From Natronospirales bacterium (GTDB taxonomy: Bacteria; Pseudomonadota; Gammaproteobacteria; Natronospirales; REEB76): a DNA stretch of 64,000 bases. Within the stretch, counting starts at the first letter, position 1, and each line of letters begins with the position of its first letter. The DNA lies in contig JAKAXB010000007.1 of assembly GCA_021816765.1 (NCBI GenBank), positions 51,489 through 115,488 on the forward strand. The letters are read 5' to 3'. Both the position numbers and the translations under genes were made by a program. Under the pieces are notes generated by a model, which ran no database searches, was not told where the DNA came from, and saw only the letters and a list, made by a program, of their open reading frames with translations. Below are positions 29,637 to 37,311 of this stretch, piece after piece.

Positions 29637-30308
29637 TCAGGGTGCAGGACCGGGTGCGGCAAGTCTGCGCTCCTGCACCAGGCGTTCAATGCCCGCCAAG
29701 GTATCCCGACACTGCCGGCGCAACTCGTCCTTGATTATCCGGGGACCGATCCACGGCGGGACCCAGAAACCAGGTTCGATAGTCGCGTCCCAGATCAGTC
29801 GGGTGCCGCCGTCTTGAGGCTTGAGATGCCAGGAACTCGATCCATGCTTGACGTTGCTCTGTCCGGGCAGGGTTACCGCCACGATGTCCCGCGGATCCGG
29901 CTCGGTGATTTCCTGCACCTGACGCAGGGTGTGGCAGAAAAATGCTACGCACAGACGCGTTTTTGTATAAATCAGTGTACTGCCGGAAGCCAGTGTCTTC
30001 AGCACGCGGCTTGTGCGGATACTGGGATTGATTCTGGTCCAGTGCCCGAAGTCTCCCAGCACGGCGTATACCTCCGCCGGTGTTGCGTTGAGGTACGCAT
30101 CGGCCCGCACGCGATAGCTATCGCCCACCCGGCTGACATGCAGCTGGTGGGGCTGGTAGAGGCTGGTCCCGTATCTCGGCGGCGCCAGCAGCACGGCGGT
30201 TGCCAGCACCAGCATGCCGCGCAGGGCGGCACCGCGCCGCCCACCGGTGGCGGAGCTCGTGTATTCAAGAGCACGTCGGTTATCCGTCGAAGGACGGATC
30301 GCCGCCAT
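29637..30308 (-). CDS. SRPBCC (START/polyketide-cyclase-like) family protein
   Basis: About 190-aa core (YAVLGDFGHWTRINP...WHLKPQDGGTRLIWD). A possible later start at 30215 (MLVLATAVLL) would give a signal-like N-terminus. Confidence 0.6.
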   Translation of the reverse strand: MAAIRPSTDNRRALEYTSSATGGRRGAALRGMLVLATAVLLAPPRYGTSLYQPHQLHVSRVGDSYRVRADAYLNATPAEVYAVLGDFGHWTRINPSIRTSRVLKTLASGSTLIYTKTRLCVAFFCHTLRQVQEITEPDPRDIVAVTLPGQSNVKHGSSSWHLKPQDGGTRLIWDATIEPGFWVPPWIGPRIIKDELRRQCRDTLAGIERLVQERRLAAPGPAP

Positions 30309-30313
30309 AGCGT

Positions 30314-31336
30314 TCAGCGTGCGACAGGCAGCACCAGTGTCGTGCTCTTGAGTTCGGGTTCGCTACCCAGGTGATTCACGGTGTTGAAAACGATCGTGCC
30401 TTTTGATCCCGCAAAGCGGATTTCCGTTTCGCTGTCCGAGAGTGCCTCGTGCAGCAGAATGCCGTTTTTGGAAAAAGCCACGGTGCTGTTGTCGAGAATA
30501 CGGTCGAGTCCGGTGTGGTCGGCAGTAAAGGGTGTGGAGATCAGGCTGAATTTCACCGGGTCCAGCCCCTGGCTGACGAGAGAGTCGGTCAGGAAACCTA
30601 CCAGTGAACGGTTCAGCATGGCGGCCGCCGCGGCCGCGGGTGCCGGATGTGCGGCCGGATTCGCGAACGCAGCCTCCACCGTTGTACCCTGGACCTGGTA
30701 CCAGATCCTCGCCATGACATCGGTGAAAGGGTCTATGTTGATCACCCCGGCGCCGGTACCGAAGCTGAACAGCGTACGGCCCTGATTGTCCACTGCTTTC
30801 AACAGGAAAGGCGGTGTCAGCCCGCTGGTCTCGATCAGATAGCGGCCGTTGCGATCGGTCATCGCGGTCGCGAGGTGACCCTGTGTGTCTTTCAGGCTCA
30901 CCAAGGCATTATTCAAGGCCCTGCCGACAGCCGCCGTGCCCATGGCTGCACCCACTGCCGAGACCGTCAGAGTGGCCTTGTTGCTGGTGACGGTGGTCGG
31001 CATGCTATAGATGCCGCCGTTGAGGGTCACCGAGGCTGTGATCAGAGTGGTGCCGGCCATCACGCCCGTGGCGAGCCCCGCGCTGTTGATAGTCGCCACG
31101 CTGGGGTTCGACGAGGCCCAGGTGTAGGTGTAGGTCGTGCCATTATTGGCGACCGCGGTGTATTGCTGGGTGCCGTTGACCACAATGGTGGCGGTTGCGG
31201 GAGAGATGGTGATGACTAGACCTCCACCGGTCACGGGGGGGGTGTAACTGCTGCCATACCCGCCGCAGCCGGACAACAAAAGCATCAATGCGGATGCGAG
31301 CACCGCGCCGGTGCGATGTGTGATGTGTTGAATCAT
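30314..31336 (-). CDS. lipoprotein with Big_2 (Ig-like) and carboxypeptidase-regulatory-like domains
   Basis: Lipobox LLLSGC. Big_2 pattern ITISPATATIVVNGTQQYTAVA...WASSNPSVATINSAGLATGV. Followed by VSLKDTQGHLATAMTDRNGRYLI. Confidence 0.6.
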   Translation of the reverse strand: MIQHITHRTGAVLASALMLLLSGCGGYGSSYTPPVTGGGLVITISPATATIVVNGTQQYTAVANNGTTYTYTWASSNPSVATINSAGLATGVMAGTTLITASVTLNGGIYSMPTTVTSNKATLTVSAVGAAMGTAAVGRALNNALVSLKDTQGHLATAMTDRNGRYLIETSGLTPPFLLKAVDNQGRTLFSFGTGAGVINIDPFTDVMARIWYQVQGTTVEAAFANPAAHPAPAAAAAAMLNRSLVGFLTDSLVSQGLDPVKFSLISTPFTADHTGLDRILDNSTVAFSKNGILLHEALSDSETEIRFAGSKGTIVFNTVNHLGSEPELKSTTLVLPVAR

Positions 31337-31467
31337 GACGGCTACCTCTGACGAGTGCGATCCCGCGGGTTATCCGCTTTGGAAGCGGATGCCATAAACC
31401 ATGTTTGTGCCGGGCCACCTTTTAGTCCGTTATCAGGACAGCCCGGCTCGCTCACGGATCCCATGGA

Positions 31468-31625
31468 GCGACCGCTGTAATTAAAGCATCTATGCTTCAA
31501 GATCAACATGCGCTTGCGGAGAATGCGATCAATGGTGCGATGAACAGCGCGGGAAAGCCGCCTGGATGTACCGCCTGATAAGGTGTTGGATGGCAGAGCG
31601 GCATGCGATCAGGCGTTCGGCCGGA
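31468..31625. repeat. copy 1 of a diverged ~158-bp direct repeat (partner at 34528-34684)
   Basis: Hand alignment gives about 121/158 identical positions with one 1-nt indel. Fully conserved blocks are GCGACCGCTGTAATT, TTGCGGAGAATGCGATCAA, GCGATGAA and GGATGTA. Confidence 0.8.
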
Positions 31626-31687
31626 CACAGGACGGCCGGGGCGCGGCGGGACGGACCCGCCGCGTTCACCGGAAAGCCGGCAATGTC

Positions 31688-32230
31688 CTAGCGTTTGTGT
31701 TGCGCCTCCCAGCGCCTCAGTGCGGCAAGGGTGTTGGCCACGTGCCGGTCAGGGTTGAGGTTGGTATAGGTATAAATAATGGTGCCGCCGGGGACAATCA
31801 CATAGGAGGTGCGGTTGGCATATTGGGTGTTCATGGGCAGGACCGCGTCATAGGCCTTCATGATTTTCTGATTCGTGTCGGCGGCCACCGGGAACTTGCT
31901 GCGGCACTCGCTCACCGAGAACTTTTTCAGGGTGCCGATGGAATCATGCGATACGCCGATGACCGTGGCCCCCAGCGCCTTGTACTTGCCGATAGCCTCA
32001 GCAAAATCATGCGCTTCGATGGTGCAGCCCTTGGTGAACGCCGCCGGATAGAAGTACAGCACTACCGGGCCTTTCCTGAGCGCTCTGGCCAGTGAGAAAC
32101 TGTACACTTTGCCGCCCAGCGACGCCTCGGCGGTGAACAGCGGCGCCTTGGCGCCGACCGCCAGGCTGGCGAAGACGGGCAGCGCACAGGCTGCGCAGAT
32201 CAGTGTCACAATAAGCAAGAACCGTTTCAT
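31688..32230 (-). CDS. secreted peroxiredoxin (AhpC/TSA-Bcp family)
   Basis: ATG at 32230 after AGGAGG, with a signal peptide. Catalytic context YFYPAAFTKGCTIE. Confidence 0.8.
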   Translation of the reverse strand: MKRFLLIVTLICAACALPVFASLAVGAKAPLFTAEASLGGKVYSFSLARALRKGPVVLYFYPAAFTKGCTIEAHDFAEAIGKYKALGATVIGVSHDSIGTLKKFSVSECRSKFPVAADTNQKIMKAYDAVLPMNTQYANRTSYVIVPGGTIIYTYTNLNPDRHVANTLAALRRWEAQHKR

Positions 32231-32341
32231 GATGAACCTCCTTCGGTTGGACAACCACACAATGTGGAATGCTGTGAACGTGGTGAGATCGCCGCGTTCG
32301 CCTCGAACGGATGAATAACAGCCGCAATCACCCCGGGTTGG

Positions 32342-32917
32342 TCACTTTCCCGCCACTGGCTTGAGCGCAATGGAAAACGTTACCTCCACCCGGTTGCCCA
32401 CCCAGCCGGTATCGGCCCACTGGCCGAGACCGATATGGTAGTCGAGGCGTTCAAAACTCCATCGGCCTTGAAGTCGTGCGTCGCCGCCCGTCGCAAGCGT
32501 GAGCTTGATCGGCACGCTGATTTCGCGGGTCACGTCGCGCAGCGTCAGTTTGCCGGTCACCTGATAACGCCCCGGCCCCAGGAATTTAACCGATTCGCTG
32601 TCGAACACTGCCTGCGGCCAGCGGGCACTGTTGAGAAAATCCGGGCCGCGCAGGGCCTTATCCAGCTCAGGCAATTGCGTGTCCACCGAGGCGGTGCGCA
32701 CGCTCACGCGGAAGCGGCTGCCGGTGGCGTGGCCGGTATCAATGCACACCCGACCGGCATAATCACTGAAAGTACCGTGCACTGGCGCCCCGGCTTGTGT
32801 GCCGGTGAACACGATCTTGCTCGCCTGCGGCACCAGCACCCAGCAGTCTGCCCCGGCGCGCGGTGCACCCGTCACGCAGAGCAAAGCTCCGGCGGCTATC
32901 CATGCGCCACGGTTCAC
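32342..32917 (-). CDS. yceI: YceI family periplasmic protein
   Basis: The GTG at 32917 overlaps the cybB stop (GTGA). Has a signal peptide. Contains KIVFTGTQAGAPVHGTF...VTGKLTLRDVTREISVP. Confidence 0.8.
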   Translation of the reverse strand: MNRGAWIAAGALLCVTGAPRAGADCWVLVPQASKIVFTGTQAGAPVHGTFSDYAGRVCIDTGHATGSRFRVSVRTASVDTQLPELDKALRGPDFLNSARWPQAVFDSESVKFLGPGRYQVTGKLTLRDVTREISVPIKLTLATGGDARLQGRWSFERLDYHIGLGQWADTGWVGNRVEVTFSIALKPVAGK

Positions 32918-33507
32918 GACGGACGCCCGCTGCGCCGGCCGCGGCGCGTGAATGGCAGCATGCGCGTCAGCACATTGTCCTTGAGGATGAAGTGATGCCA
33001 GAATGCCGCGCCGATGTGAAGGATAATCACCGCGAGCAGCAGCCAAGCCATGGTCTGGTGAGTCAACAGCATCCAATGCGCCAGCCGCCGGTCCGGTGTC
33101 ACCAAATTCGGCAGAGAAAACAGTCCGAACCAGCTCACCGTCAGGCTGGAAGCGGAGGACAGCAGCCATCCGATAATCGGCATGGCCAGCAGCAACGCGT
33201 ATAGCAGACCGTGGGACAGCTGCGCCGCCGTCCGGAGCGGTGCCTGCGATGGCTGCGGCGGAGGTGGCGAGTAAATCCGCCACGCCAACCGCAGGATGAC
33301 CAGGGCGAAGAGGGTCAGCCCGAGGGATTTGTGGCGGGCCAACAGGATCAGCCGCTCCAAGCTGAGCGGCAGACCAGCCGCTTTCACACCGAGCACGAAC
33401 TGCACGATCACCAGCGCTGCAATCAGCCAGTGCAGCGTTTGTGCCACAATCCCGTAGCATTCGGGTGTGTTCCTGAGCGGAATAAAATGTTCGGTCGAAC
33501 GGTCCAT
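32914..33507 (-). CDS. cybB: cytochrome b561
   Basis: YGIVAQTLHWLIA...ARHKSLG...HGLLYALLL...HIGAAFWHHF gives four His in TM helices. The start could be 33507 or 33528. Confidence 0.8.
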   Translation of the reverse strand: MDRSTEHFIPLRNTPECYGIVAQTLHWLIAALVIVQFVLGVKAAGLPLSLERLILLARHKSLGLTLFALVILRLAWRIYSPPPPQPSQAPLRTAAQLSHGLLYALLLAMPIIGWLLSSASSLTVSWFGLFSLPNLVTPDRRLAHWMLLTHQTMAWLLLAVIILHIGAAFWHHFILKDNVLTRMLPFTRRGRRSGRPS

Positions 33508-33601
33508 GGGAGTCAGCTCTTTCGCCATTTCGCCATTGAGTCGCATGCTGCGTGCACCTGAACCCCGCCACCACCCGCTGCCATTCCTGGAGATTAACAA
33601 C

Positions 33602-34333
33602 ATGAAGCTACCAAAAATCATGGCTCTGTGCGAAAGCGTGTTCCACCAGGTAACGCTTGGGGCATTGCTCGCGGCCCTGGCGGGCTGTGCAGGCGTGGTG
33701 GCCCCGCCCCGCACCAGTGTTTCGGCCCCGCCTGCGCTTGTACCCCTCGTGACGGCGGGCGTCACCCACTATGTCATCCTCTCCGACCTGTCGGATGTGC
33801 GCTTTCTGGTGTATCGCGCGGGACCGCTGGCGTCCTTCGGTCACAATCATGTAATACGCGCCGGCAGCGTCCAGGGTGATATCTATCTCAACCACAATTT
33901 CGATCTCTCCGGTTTTGCCTTGACCCTGCCCGTAGCCGATTTCCGCGTGGATGAGCCGGCGGACCGGGCGGTGGAAGGTGCTGAGTTTGCCACGCAACCC
34001 TCGGCCGCAGCGATTGCCGGAACTGTAAAACACATGCTCGGATCGACAATGCTCGACGCGGTGCGTTACCCGGACATCCGCGTGCGCTCGGTACGGCTCG
34101 TCGGACCCGAGTGGGGGCCGGAGGTCACAGTACGCATCGAGTTGCGCGGTACGCAACGCCAGCTGACTGTGCCCATTGCGCTCAACGAATGCGGCGATCG
34201 CTTGACTGCCACCGGCACGTTTAAATTCCGTCAAACCGATTTTGGCATCAAGCCGTTCAGCATCCTGGGCGGCGGTTTGCGGGTGGCCGATACGGTTACA
34301 GTCCGCTTCCATATCATCGCCCAACGCGGCTGA
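33602..34333 (+). CDS. YceI-like lipoprotein
   Basis: ATG at 33602 after GGAGA, lipobox LAGC. Contains SFGHNHVIRA...LTATGTFKFRQTDFGIKPFS. Confidence 0.75.
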   Translation: MKLPKIMALCESVFHQVTLGALLAALAGCAGVVAPPRTSVSAPPALVPLVTAGVTHYVILSDLSDVRFLVYRAGPLASFGHNHVIRAGSVQGDIYLNHNFDLSGFALTLPVADFRVDEPADRAVEGAEFATQPSAAAIAGTVKHMLGSTMLDAVRYPDIRVRSVRLVGPEWGPEVTVRIELRGTQRQLTVPIALNECGDRLTATGTFKFRQTDFGIKPFSILGGGLRVADTVTVRFHIIAQRG

Positions 34334-34527
34334 CTGGTCCCTGCCACCCGAGAGCTTCCGGCCGGCGGTCTCCACCCTAAATCTGCGCCGGGAATTTTGA
34401 CCGCTCCAGGCTTGATGGAGTTCACCACCGGCGGCACGCGTAGAAATATGGGGATGCCGGACTCAAGCGTGGTTCAGATCCATTTACCCACACCCGCCGC
34501 AGCCATGCCTCGCGGCTCGCGCAGGCA

Positions 34528-34684
34528 GCGACCGCTGTAATTGAAGCATCTGTATTGCAGACAAGCGCGTGCTTGCGGAGAATGCGATCAACCGCGCGAT
34601 GAATTGCGCGGTAAATCCGCCCGGATGTATCACTGGGCAAGGTATCAGGTAGCGGGGCAGCATGGGATCAGGCGCTCGACCGGA
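34528..34684. repeat. copy 2 of the diverged ~158-bp direct repeat (partner at 31468-31625)
   Basis: Same orientation as copy 1. Both copies begin 30-60 nt beyond the stop codon of a minus-strand gene (prx for copy 1, the LytTR regulator for copy 2). Confidence 0.8.
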
Positions 34685-34713
34685 TCAGCAGGGGTCGGCG
34701 CAGGCGGGGGAAT

Positions 34714-35511
34714 CTAGCCGGGTTCGGTGATGTCGGTGAGCAGTTGGCGGACCGTGCTGCGATAGGTTATGCCGGAGGCAAAACGCTCGCCGGTGCGCAA
34801 CAGGAATTCATAGTCACCGCGCTGTCTGGGCTTCATTTCCTTCACATAGTCCAGATTGAGAATTACCGAGCGGTTGATGCGCACAAATGTCCAGCCCTCC
34901 AGCCGCTGCGCCATGTGACGAACCCGTTCGCGGATCATCGCGCGCTGCCCACTGGCGGTGTAGATGTGCAGATAATCGCCCTCCGACTCCATGTAGGTGA
35001 TGTCCTCCAGATTGAGGAATTTGAGCCGGCTGCCGTCCTTGACGGTGATTCGTCCGCTGGCACGGGGTGCAAGAGAGGGTATGGGCGCGGGTGGCGTGAA
35101 AGGCATAGCCTGGTGGAGGCTACCGGACGCAGTGGTCACAGGAGCATTGTGCGCGAGCCGGGTTCTAATCTTGTCGAGCGCCTGTCGGAAACGCTCTTTG
35201 TCGAAAGGTTTTAAAAGATAGTCCACCGCATCCACCGCAAAAGCTTCCAGCGCGTGCTCGCCATACGCCGTGGTGAAGATGATGTACGGCGGTTGATCTG
35301 CCGGCAGCAAGCGGCTGAGCTGGAGCCCGGACAATCCCGGCATTTTGATGTCCAGGAAAACCAGGTCCGGAGCCAGTTGTTTCACCTTGGCAAGCGCATC
35401 CATGCCGTCATTGCTCTCTCCAGCGAGCAGCAGATCCCGCTCGTGCCTCATCAGGTCCCGTATGCGCTTGCGGGCGAGCGGTTCATCATCAGCTATGAGT
35501 ACCTTGATCAT
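34714..35511 (-). CDS. LytTR family response regulator
   Basis: Receiver domain (KVLIADDEPLAR, FLDIKMPGLSG, KPF) plus a LytTR domain (ITYMESEGDYLHIYT...FVRINRSVILN). Confidence 0.9.
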   Translation of the reverse strand: MIKVLIADDEPLARKRIRDLMRHERDLLLAGESNDGMDALAKVKQLAPDLVFLDIKMPGLSGLQLSRLLPADQPPYIIFTTAYGEHALEAFAVDAVDYLLKPFDKERFRQALDKIRTRLAHNAPVTTASGSLHQAMPFTPPAPIPSLAPRASGRITVKDGSRLKFLNLEDITYMESEGDYLHIYTASGQRAMIRERVRHMAQRLEGWTFVRINRSVILNLDYVKEMKPRQRGDYEFLLRTGERFASGITYRSTVRQLLTDITEPG

Positions 35512-35625
35512 TTCAGTTGCCTAAGATGTACGCACAGCGCTGGGAGAATCGGCAAGACCGCCACCTGATCCCTGCTCAGTATAGTCAGGCGGCGGCAGTC
35601 CGCGCGGCGGGGCCCTCATCGGGTA

Positions 35626-35653
35626 TTGACTGCGCGTCAAATTTTGCTATAGT
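35626..35653 (+). promoter_or_regulatory. near-consensus sigma70 promoter
   Basis: TTGACT (35626-35631), 16 nt, TATAGT (35648-35653). It sits in a locally AT-rich stretch 44 nt upstream of the ATG at 35697. Confidence 0.5.
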
Positions 35654-35658
35654 TAATT

Positions 35659-35676
35659 AGCAAGATATTACTTGCT
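35659..35676 (+). promoter_or_regulatory. inverted repeat AGCAAG-N6-CTTGCT just downstream of the -10 (operator or 5'-UTR hairpin)
   Basis: Seen directly: ttAGCAAGatattaCTTGCTtt. It lies between the -10 hexamer and the GGGAGA SD. Confidence 0.35.
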
Positions 35677-35696
35677 TTAATATCGGGAGATCAAGC

Positions 35697-36053
35697 ATGC
35701 TGCTCATTATCGCTGCAATCCTGTTTGCCCTGGGGGCTCTTGGGGGCTTGGTCATGGCCGTAAAGAGCTTCACAGGCGCCGCAATCCCGGTACCCCTCGC
35801 GGCCCTGCATGGCCTGCTGGGGGCCACCGGGCTGGTGCTGTTGATCGTCGCTGCACTTCTGGGAGTGGGGGGCAATACCGAGAGGATCGCCCTCGCCGTG
35901 CTCCTGGTGGCCGCACTGGGCGGGTTTTATCTGCTCAGCTTCCATGTCCGCAAGCAGCGGCATCCGCGGGCGGTGATTGTGATTCATGCACTGGTGGCGG
36001 TCATCGGCTTTCTCACGCTGCTCACCGCTCTCTATCAGACGGTCGTGGCCTGA
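35697..36053 (+). CDS. small 4-TM membrane protein, unknown function
   Basis: SD GGGAGA. 118 aa, made almost entirely of four hydrophobic helices. Confidence 0.5.
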   Translation: MLLIIAAILFALGALGGLVMAVKSFTGAAIPVPLAALHGLLGATGLVLLIVAALLGVGGNTERIALAVLLVAALGGFYLLSFHVRKQRHPRAVIVIHALVAVIGFLTLLTALYQTVVA

Positions 36054-36078
36054 GCGGAATGGCCATGGGCATCGCCAC

Positions 36079-36534
36079 ATGAACGGCTTGCGTATCGGCG
36101 GGCATCCGCTGCATCCGGCGCTGGTACATTTCCCGATTGCCGCATGGATTGCGGTGCCGCTGCTGGACGTGCTGTCTCTCATGCTGCGGAATCCGTTCTG
36201 GTGGCGATGCGCCTTCTGGCTGCTTGCGATCGGTGCGGGCATGGCGTTGCTCGCCATGGGTGCGGGCCTGTTTGATCTGTTGGCGCTGCCCGCCACGCAC
36301 CCGGCGCAACGTACCGCCCAACGCCACCTGCTGCTCATGGGCAGCGCATGGTGCGTGTTCATCGGCGATTTGCTGCTGCACTCTCCGAGCATGTTTCCAT
36401 CCGTCCCACTGATCGCCTCGGGCTTGGCATTGTCGCTGGCCGGACTGGCGCTGATGTTTTCGGGAGCTTACGCCGGAGGCAAGCTGGTGTACGATTTTGG
36501 CGTGGGACAGCGTGATACCCATGCTGGCAGGTGA
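36079..36534 (+). CDS. DUF2231 domain membrane protein
   Basis: MNGLRIGGHPLHPALVHFPIA... is the typical DUF2231 N-terminus. Has 4 TM segments. The start was chosen by homology pattern and the SD is weak. Confidence 0.65.
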   Translation: MNGLRIGGHPLHPALVHFPIAAWIAVPLLDVLSLMLRNPFWWRCAFWLLAIGAGMALLAMGAGLFDLLALPATHPAQRTAQRHLLLMGSAWCVFIGDLLLHSPSMFPSVPLIASGLALSLAGLALMFSGAYAGGKLVYDFGVGQRDTHAGR

Positions 36535-37261
36535 AACGTCCCTTCCCGCGGGAAGCATTGGCGCGCTGCCCGGTACCCGCAGCGCGATCCTGCAATTGCT
36601 CAAGCAAAACGGCGCCATGACGGCGGGCGAAGTGGCGAAACGTCTTGACGGCACGCGTGAGGCCGCGCGTCAGCAGTTGCAACTGCTGGAAGAGGAAGGT
36701 TGGGTGGCACGCGCCCTCCGGTCCGGAACCTCCCGCACCGGCCGGCCGGCAGTGGCTTTTTCCCTGACACCCGCTGCCGACCATCTTTTTCCGAAGCATT
36801 ACGACACGCTGTCTCTGACCCTGGTGGACACGGTAGCCGAGCAATTCGGTGAGGAAGCGCTGGTTAAACTGCTCACCGCACTCACCGACCAGCAGGTCGC
36901 CCGATGGGAGACCAAGCTCGCCGGCAAGCCGCTCGCCGAACGCATCCGCCTGCTGAAGGGTATCTATTTTGACGGTGATCCGTTCACTTCCGTGAAGCGG
37001 GATCGGCGCGGTTACCTGCTGGTGGAACGCAATTGCCCATACCTCAATCTCGCCATGCGTCGTCCGCGCCTGTGCAGCGTCACGGTTTCCACCCTGACAC
37101 GGCTACTGGGCGTGCGCGTGGTGCGCGAAAAACGCTTCCAGGACGGGGCTGGCCGCTGCGTGTTCCGGGTGCTGGCTGACCAGCCCGTTGATCCCGGCAG
37201 TTTCCGCTTTGCGTTCGAGGACACCGGAGAGAATCGGCCGGTTGCGGCAGTCGGCCGGTAA
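36521..37261 (+). CDS. winged-helix (ArsR/HTH_20-like) transcriptional regulator with C-terminal extension
   Basis: TRSAILQLLKQNGAMTAGEVAKRLDGTREAARQQLQLLEEEGWV.... It overlaps the DUF2231 gene by 14 nt. The C-terminal part carries CPYLN...C. Confidence 0.65.
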   Translation: MLAGETSLPAGSIGALPGTRSAILQLLKQNGAMTAGEVAKRLDGTREAARQQLQLLEEEGWVARALRSGTSRTGRPAVAFSLTPAADHLFPKHYDTLSLTLVDTVAEQFGEEALVKLLTALTDQQVARWETKLAGKPLAERIRLLKGIYFDGDPFTSVKRDRRGYLLVERNCPYLNLAMRRPRLCSVTVSTLTRLLGVRVVREKRFQDGAGRCVFRVLADQPVDPGSFRFAFEDTGENRPVAAVGR

Positions 37262-37311
37262 ACGACGCGGCGACGGATTTTTACCTGGCGCAAATCAGGT
37301 CCGCATCGGCA

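Noticed and set aside
32342-33574. 410-aa ORF spanning yceI and running antisense/off-frame through cybB.
   Set aside because: Only the last ~191 codons look like a YceI protein. A GTG at 32917 overlapping the cybB stop gives a normal-size protein with a signal peptide. The upstream extension is Ala/Arg/Gly-rich shadow sequence.
34422-34640. 72-codon ORF inside repeat copy 2 (..IYRAIHRAVDRILRKHALV..), which superficially resembles the translation of copy 1 (..RAVHRTIDRILRKRMLIL..).
   Set aside because: The two copies differ by a 1-nt indel inside this stretch, so the reading frame is not preserved between them. Conservation is at DNA level. There is no start/SD context.
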